DNA of 37,572 bases from the IMG/VR virus record IMGVR_UViG_3300020463_000049, positions 1 to 37,572 of that record; one strand, written 5' to 3'. A program made the position numbers and the translations under genes. This document shows, one piece after another, positions 34,637 to 37,572 of the stretch. Origin of the DNA: a virus. Taxonomy: Duplodnaviria; Caudoviricetes. The notes under the pieces are model-generated. The model ran no database searches, was not told the origin of the DNA, and saw only the letters and a list, made by a program, of their open reading frames with translations. Position 1 is the stretch's first letter, and each line of letters opens with the position of its first letter.

Positions 34637-35527
34637 ATGGATGAAGCGATGAAAGAAATAAATGACGAAATCAAAAAAGTCAAAGAAGAAACAAACTCTG
34701 ACTTTGAGATTGAAGTCACTGAAACAACTGATGAACCTGTAGAGGAACAAAAAGTTGAGGAAGAAAATCCTGAACAACAGGAAGAGGAATATAGTCAAAG
34801 AGTTGAGAGGCGAATAAAAAAGCTTGTTGATCAAAGGCGAGAAGTCGAGTTACAAGCCAATGAGTTGCAGGAAAAGAACAAGCAACTAGAGGCAAGGCTT
34901 AACAGGCTCGAGCAAGGTTCTCAAACTCAAGCAGAAAATCAGTTCAATGAAAGATATGACGCAACTAAAAGGGCACTTGAAAAAGCTGTTGAAAATGGTG
35001 ATACAAAAGCACAAGTTGCATTTAGTGAACAATTAGCTGATATGCGTGCAGCGATGCGTATTGCAGAAATGCAAAGGCAACAAAAAGCAGAGCAAGCATA
35101 TTCACCAACTGTCGGTAAAGCAGAGCAAACTGCTCAAGCACCAGCTCCACAAAAAGCTATGAACTGGTGGGAGAAAAATCGTTGGTTTAACTCTGGTGGA
35201 TATGATCGAGAAACTGCAGCTGCAAGGGCAATAGACGTTCAACTAGAGGTTGAGGGTTTTGATAAAGATGATCAAGAATATTACGACGAACTCGATAGTC
35301 GTTTACAAAAGATTTTTCCTGAGTTAAACTCAGGAGGAAATGTTCCTGCTAAACCTAGAGCAAAAAGCAGAGCACCAGTCGCACCAACTGCAGGTGGTTC
35401 AACGTATAAAGGGAACAGGGTTCGCATGTCGCAGGACCAACTTAGAATGGCCAGAGAGCTGGGCATAACTGATGAAAAGGGATTGAAGCAATATGCTTCT
35501 GAAATCCAGAAACAACAGAGAGGGTGA
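34637..35527 (+). CDS. Probable capsid scaffolding protein
   Basis: Acidic N-terminus, long coiled coil (YS.RV..RI.KL), W...N.WF, and a C-terminal A..LG....YA helix. Lies upstream of the capsid genes. Confidence 0.7.
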   Translation: MDEAMKEINDEIKKVKEETNSDFEIEVTETTDEPVEEQKVEEENPEQQEEEYSQRVERRIKKLVDQRREVELQANELQEKNKQLEARLNRLEQGSQTQAENQFNERYDATKRALEKAVENGDTKAQVAFSEQLADMRAAMRIAEMQRQQKAEQAYSPTVGKAEQTAQAPAPQKAMNWWEKNRWFNSGGYDRETAAARAIDVQLEVEGFDKDDQEYYDELDSRLQKIFPELNSGGNVPAKPRAKSRAPVAPTAGGSTYKGNRVRMSQDQLRMARELGITDEKGLKQYASEIQKQQRG

Positions 35528-35532
35528 GACCT

Positions 35533-36015
35533 ATGACAGAGAAACGAAACATTCGTGCTAGCGAAGCCAGAGAAGAAATCCGTGTAAGTGAACAACGATC
35601 TGATACTGCATGGAAACCACCATCATTACTGGATGCTCCAGACGCAAGACCTGGAATGGTTCAGAGATGGATAGCTACCTCGATTCAGGGTAGAGAAACT
35701 CCAGACAATGTGTATAAACGTATGCGTGCTGGCTGGAGTCCTCGTAAAGCTGAAACTGTGAAAGATCAGAGATTCCCAACTATTAATCATGGACAGTGGG
35801 CAGGATCGATCGGAGTTGAGGGGATGATCTTATGTGAAATGCCTGAGGATAAATTCAAACAAATGAAGCAATATTATCAGGAAAGATCAGATGGTCAGAA
35901 CGAATCAATTCCAGGAGAACTAGAAACTGTAAGTCGGCAAGGAGGAATTCCAATCCAACAGGATAGGAAATCAAACGTAACACGTGGCAGGGATGTCCCT
36001 GTCATGAATGATTAA
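35533..36015 (+). CDS. Conserved head-module hypothetical protein
   Basis: W.PPS.LDAP...PG...RWI and GW.P motifs, between scaffold and decoration genes. Confidence 0.7.
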   Translation: MTEKRNIRASEAREEIRVSEQRSDTAWKPPSLLDAPDARPGMVQRWIATSIQGRETPDNVYKRMRAGWSPRKAETVKDQRFPTINHGQWAGSIGVEGMILCEMPEDKFKQMKQYYQERSDGQNESIPGELETVSRQGGIPIQQDRKSNVTRGRDVPVMND

Positions 36016-36035
36016 TTTTTTGCTAGGAGGTAAAA

Positions 36036-36587
36036 ATGGCAAATGTAGATTCAGCCTTCGGGTTTGTCCCAGTTCGCCATATGAGTGGTTATCCAGCTCG
36101 TGCAAATAAATATACTATTACTTCAGGTTTAGCTGAGAACATCTTTACAGGTGATCTTTGCATCCTAACAGCGGATGGGGTTATAACACCTCACACTGCA
36201 ACTGAAGTGAACAACATCGGTGTATTTGCAGGAGTTCAGTATACTGCTACAGATGGTTCGTTTGTTTATAGTCAGTATTGGCCAAGTGGCACAACTGCTA
36301 CAAACATAGTTGCATATGTGTATGATGATCCATACATTGTGTATAAGGTTATGTCGGATGGGTCACCTGCCCAAACAAATATCGGTAATTGTGCTGATGT
36401 TGTCGCAGGTGCTGGTTCGACTGTAACAGGTCAATCAGGATTCCAATTGAATTCAACAATGGGTACAGGAACAGCGACTTGCAAAATTTTAAGTCTGTTC
36501 GAAGCTCCAGAGAATGCTTTTGGTGCAAATGCTGTCGTTGAGGTGCTTATAAATGAGCATATCCTCAAGCAGACTGCTGGTATATAG
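36036..36587 (+). CDS. Probable capsid decoration/cement protein
   Basis: MAN.D..FG..PV, IF.GD, GVF.G..Y and V.DDP...Y motifs. Beta-rich, directly before the MCP, with an AGGAGG RBS. Confidence 0.65.
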   Translation: MANVDSAFGFVPVRHMSGYPARANKYTITSGLAENIFTGDLCILTADGVITPHTATEVNNIGVFAGVQYTATDGSFVYSQYWPSGTTATNIVAYVYDDPYIVYKVMSDGSPAQTNIGNCADVVAGAGSTVTGQSGFQLNSTMGTGTATCKILSLFEAPENAFGANAVVEVLINEHILKQTAGI

Positions 36588-36599
36588 GGAGTATAATAA

Positions 36600-37508
36600 A
36601 TGGCTATGAATAGAGCGCAATTTGCAAAAATGTTAGAGCCAGGACTGAATACTCTTTTCGGTCTTGAATATGACAGATATCCACCAGAATGGGAAACTGT
36701 TTTTGAAACAACCACCTCAAACAGAGCATTTGAAGAAGACTTACTATTAGAAGGCTTCGGAAATGCACCTGTTAAGGGTGAGGGTGCTTCGGTCTCTTTT
36801 GACTCAGCATCGCAACAGTTCACCTCCAGATATCAGCATGAAACAATCGCATTAGCTTTCAGCATAACAGAGGAAGCAGAGGAAGATGGTCTGTATGGAT
36901 CTATCGCCTCCCGATACACCAAAGCATTGGCTAGATCAATGGCATCAACAAAAGAAATTAAGGGCGCAAATGTTCTTAATAATGCTTTTACTGGTTCAGG
37001 TGTAACAGGTGGTGATGGTAAAACACTATGCGCAAGCGACCATCCAACTCGTAATGGGAACCAGTCAAATATTCTTGCGACTGCTGCTGACTTATCAGAA
37101 ACATCTCTCGAGCAAATGCTAATCCAAATTTCTGACATGAAAGATGACAGAGGTTTAAGGATTGCTGCAACAGGAACAATGCTTGTTATTCCAACAGCAT
37201 ATACTTTTGTTGCTGAGAGACTTCTTGAGTCACAGCTAAGAACAGGAACATCTGACAATGACTTGAATGCTATAAGGCAGGGTGGTTACATCCCGCAAGG
37301 CTATCATATCATGAGAAGATTGACTGACTCTGATGCGTTTTTTATTATGACTGATGTGCCTGATGGTCTAAAGCACTTTCAAAGATCACCTCTTAAAAAG
37401 GGTGTTGAGGGTGACTTCGATACAGGTAATGTTCGTTATAAAGTTCGTGAAAGATATTCTTTCGGTTTCACCGACTGGAGAGGAATCTTCGGCACTGGTG
37501 GTGCTTAA
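36600..37508 (+). CDS. Major capsid protein (HK97 fold)
   Basis: RAQ..K.LEPGLN.LFGLEY, S.RAFEE, EG, H.TIALAF.ITEEA.ED and YK.RERYSFG..DWRG motifs. Followed by a terminator-like hairpin. Confidence 0.9.
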   Translation: MAMNRAQFAKMLEPGLNTLFGLEYDRYPPEWETVFETTTSNRAFEEDLLLEGFGNAPVKGEGASVSFDSASQQFTSRYQHETIALAFSITEEAEEDGLYGSIASRYTKALARSMASTKEIKGANVLNNAFTGSGVTGGDGKTLCASDHPTRNGNQSNILATAADLSETSLEQMLIQISDMKDDRGLRIAATGTMLVIPTAYTFVAERLLESQLRTGTSDNDLNAIRQGGYIPQGYHIMRRLTDSDAFFIMTDVPDGLKHFQRSPLKKGVEGDFDTGNVRYKVRERYSFGFTDWRGIFGTGGA

Positions 37509-37518
37509 TTTAAAAACT

Positions 37519-37543
37519 GGGGAGGGTGAAAACCCTCCTCTTT
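37519..37543 (+). terminator. Terminator-like hairpin after the MCP
   Basis: GGGGAGGGT-GAAA-ACCCTCCTC followed by TTT. The U tract is short, so it is probably leaky. Confidence 0.7.
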
Positions 37544-37572
37544 CACCTTGACAGCGAAAGCTGACAATAGAC

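Noticed and set aside
736-37258. Numerous antisense or nested ORFs in the track (e.g. 736-1074, 5031-5369, 22041-22367, 31834-32442, 36833-37258)
   Set aside because: They are shadows of well-supported genes on the opposite strand or frame, with Ser/Phe/Leu-biased composition and no RBS or motifs.
1-37572. Stop-codon reassignment, introns/inteins, integrase or DGR/reverse transcriptase
   Set aside because: Core genes (dnaE, terL, portal, helicases, MCP) are uninterrupted and of normal length under the standard code, all three stop codons end genes, and no RT or recombinase motifs were seen.

Overview
AT-rich fragment of a tailed dsDNA bacteriophage genome, probably a marine podovirus-like phage of an alphaproteobacterial host (host is an inference). 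It has no rRNA, tRNA, CRISPR array or integrase. The window is circularly permuted. (1) 1-3078 (+): end of the virion/ejection gene block. (2) 3052-19644 (-): replication and nucleotide-metabolism arm, with a VRR-NUC-like nuclease, SNF2 helicase, family-C DNA polymerase (DnaE), separate epsilon-like exonuclease, 2OG-Fe(II) oxygenase, Nmad1-like protein, YfbR-like HD hydrolase, nucleoside 2-deoxyribosyltransferase-family enzyme, tandem-domain ThyX-like enzyme, UvrD helicase, AEP primase and putative SSB. (3) About 19650-20100: divergent control region with IHF-consensus sites and short repeats. (4) 20100-21996 (+): early genes, then a candidate anti-Shine-Dalgarno small RNA. (5) 22146-37508 (+): TerS, TerL, portal, a 7-kb array of small Lys-rich proteins alternating with larger, mostly acidic 'cargo-like' proteins, then GroES, scaffold, decoration protein and major capsid protein. 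Top candidates for new biology: (a) the cargo array, where unrelated effector-like domains (two ADP-ribosyltransferase-like, one ParB/Srx-like) share GALxxL and helix-FxxxNKK tags; (b) a polymerase-linked nucleotide-remodelling module that may make a non-canonical DNA base; (c) a roughly 55-nt sRNA whose seed is the exact complement of an RBS plus AUG; (d) three related promoter cassettes, each with an IHF site. All family calls come from motif recognition by eye; no database searches were run.
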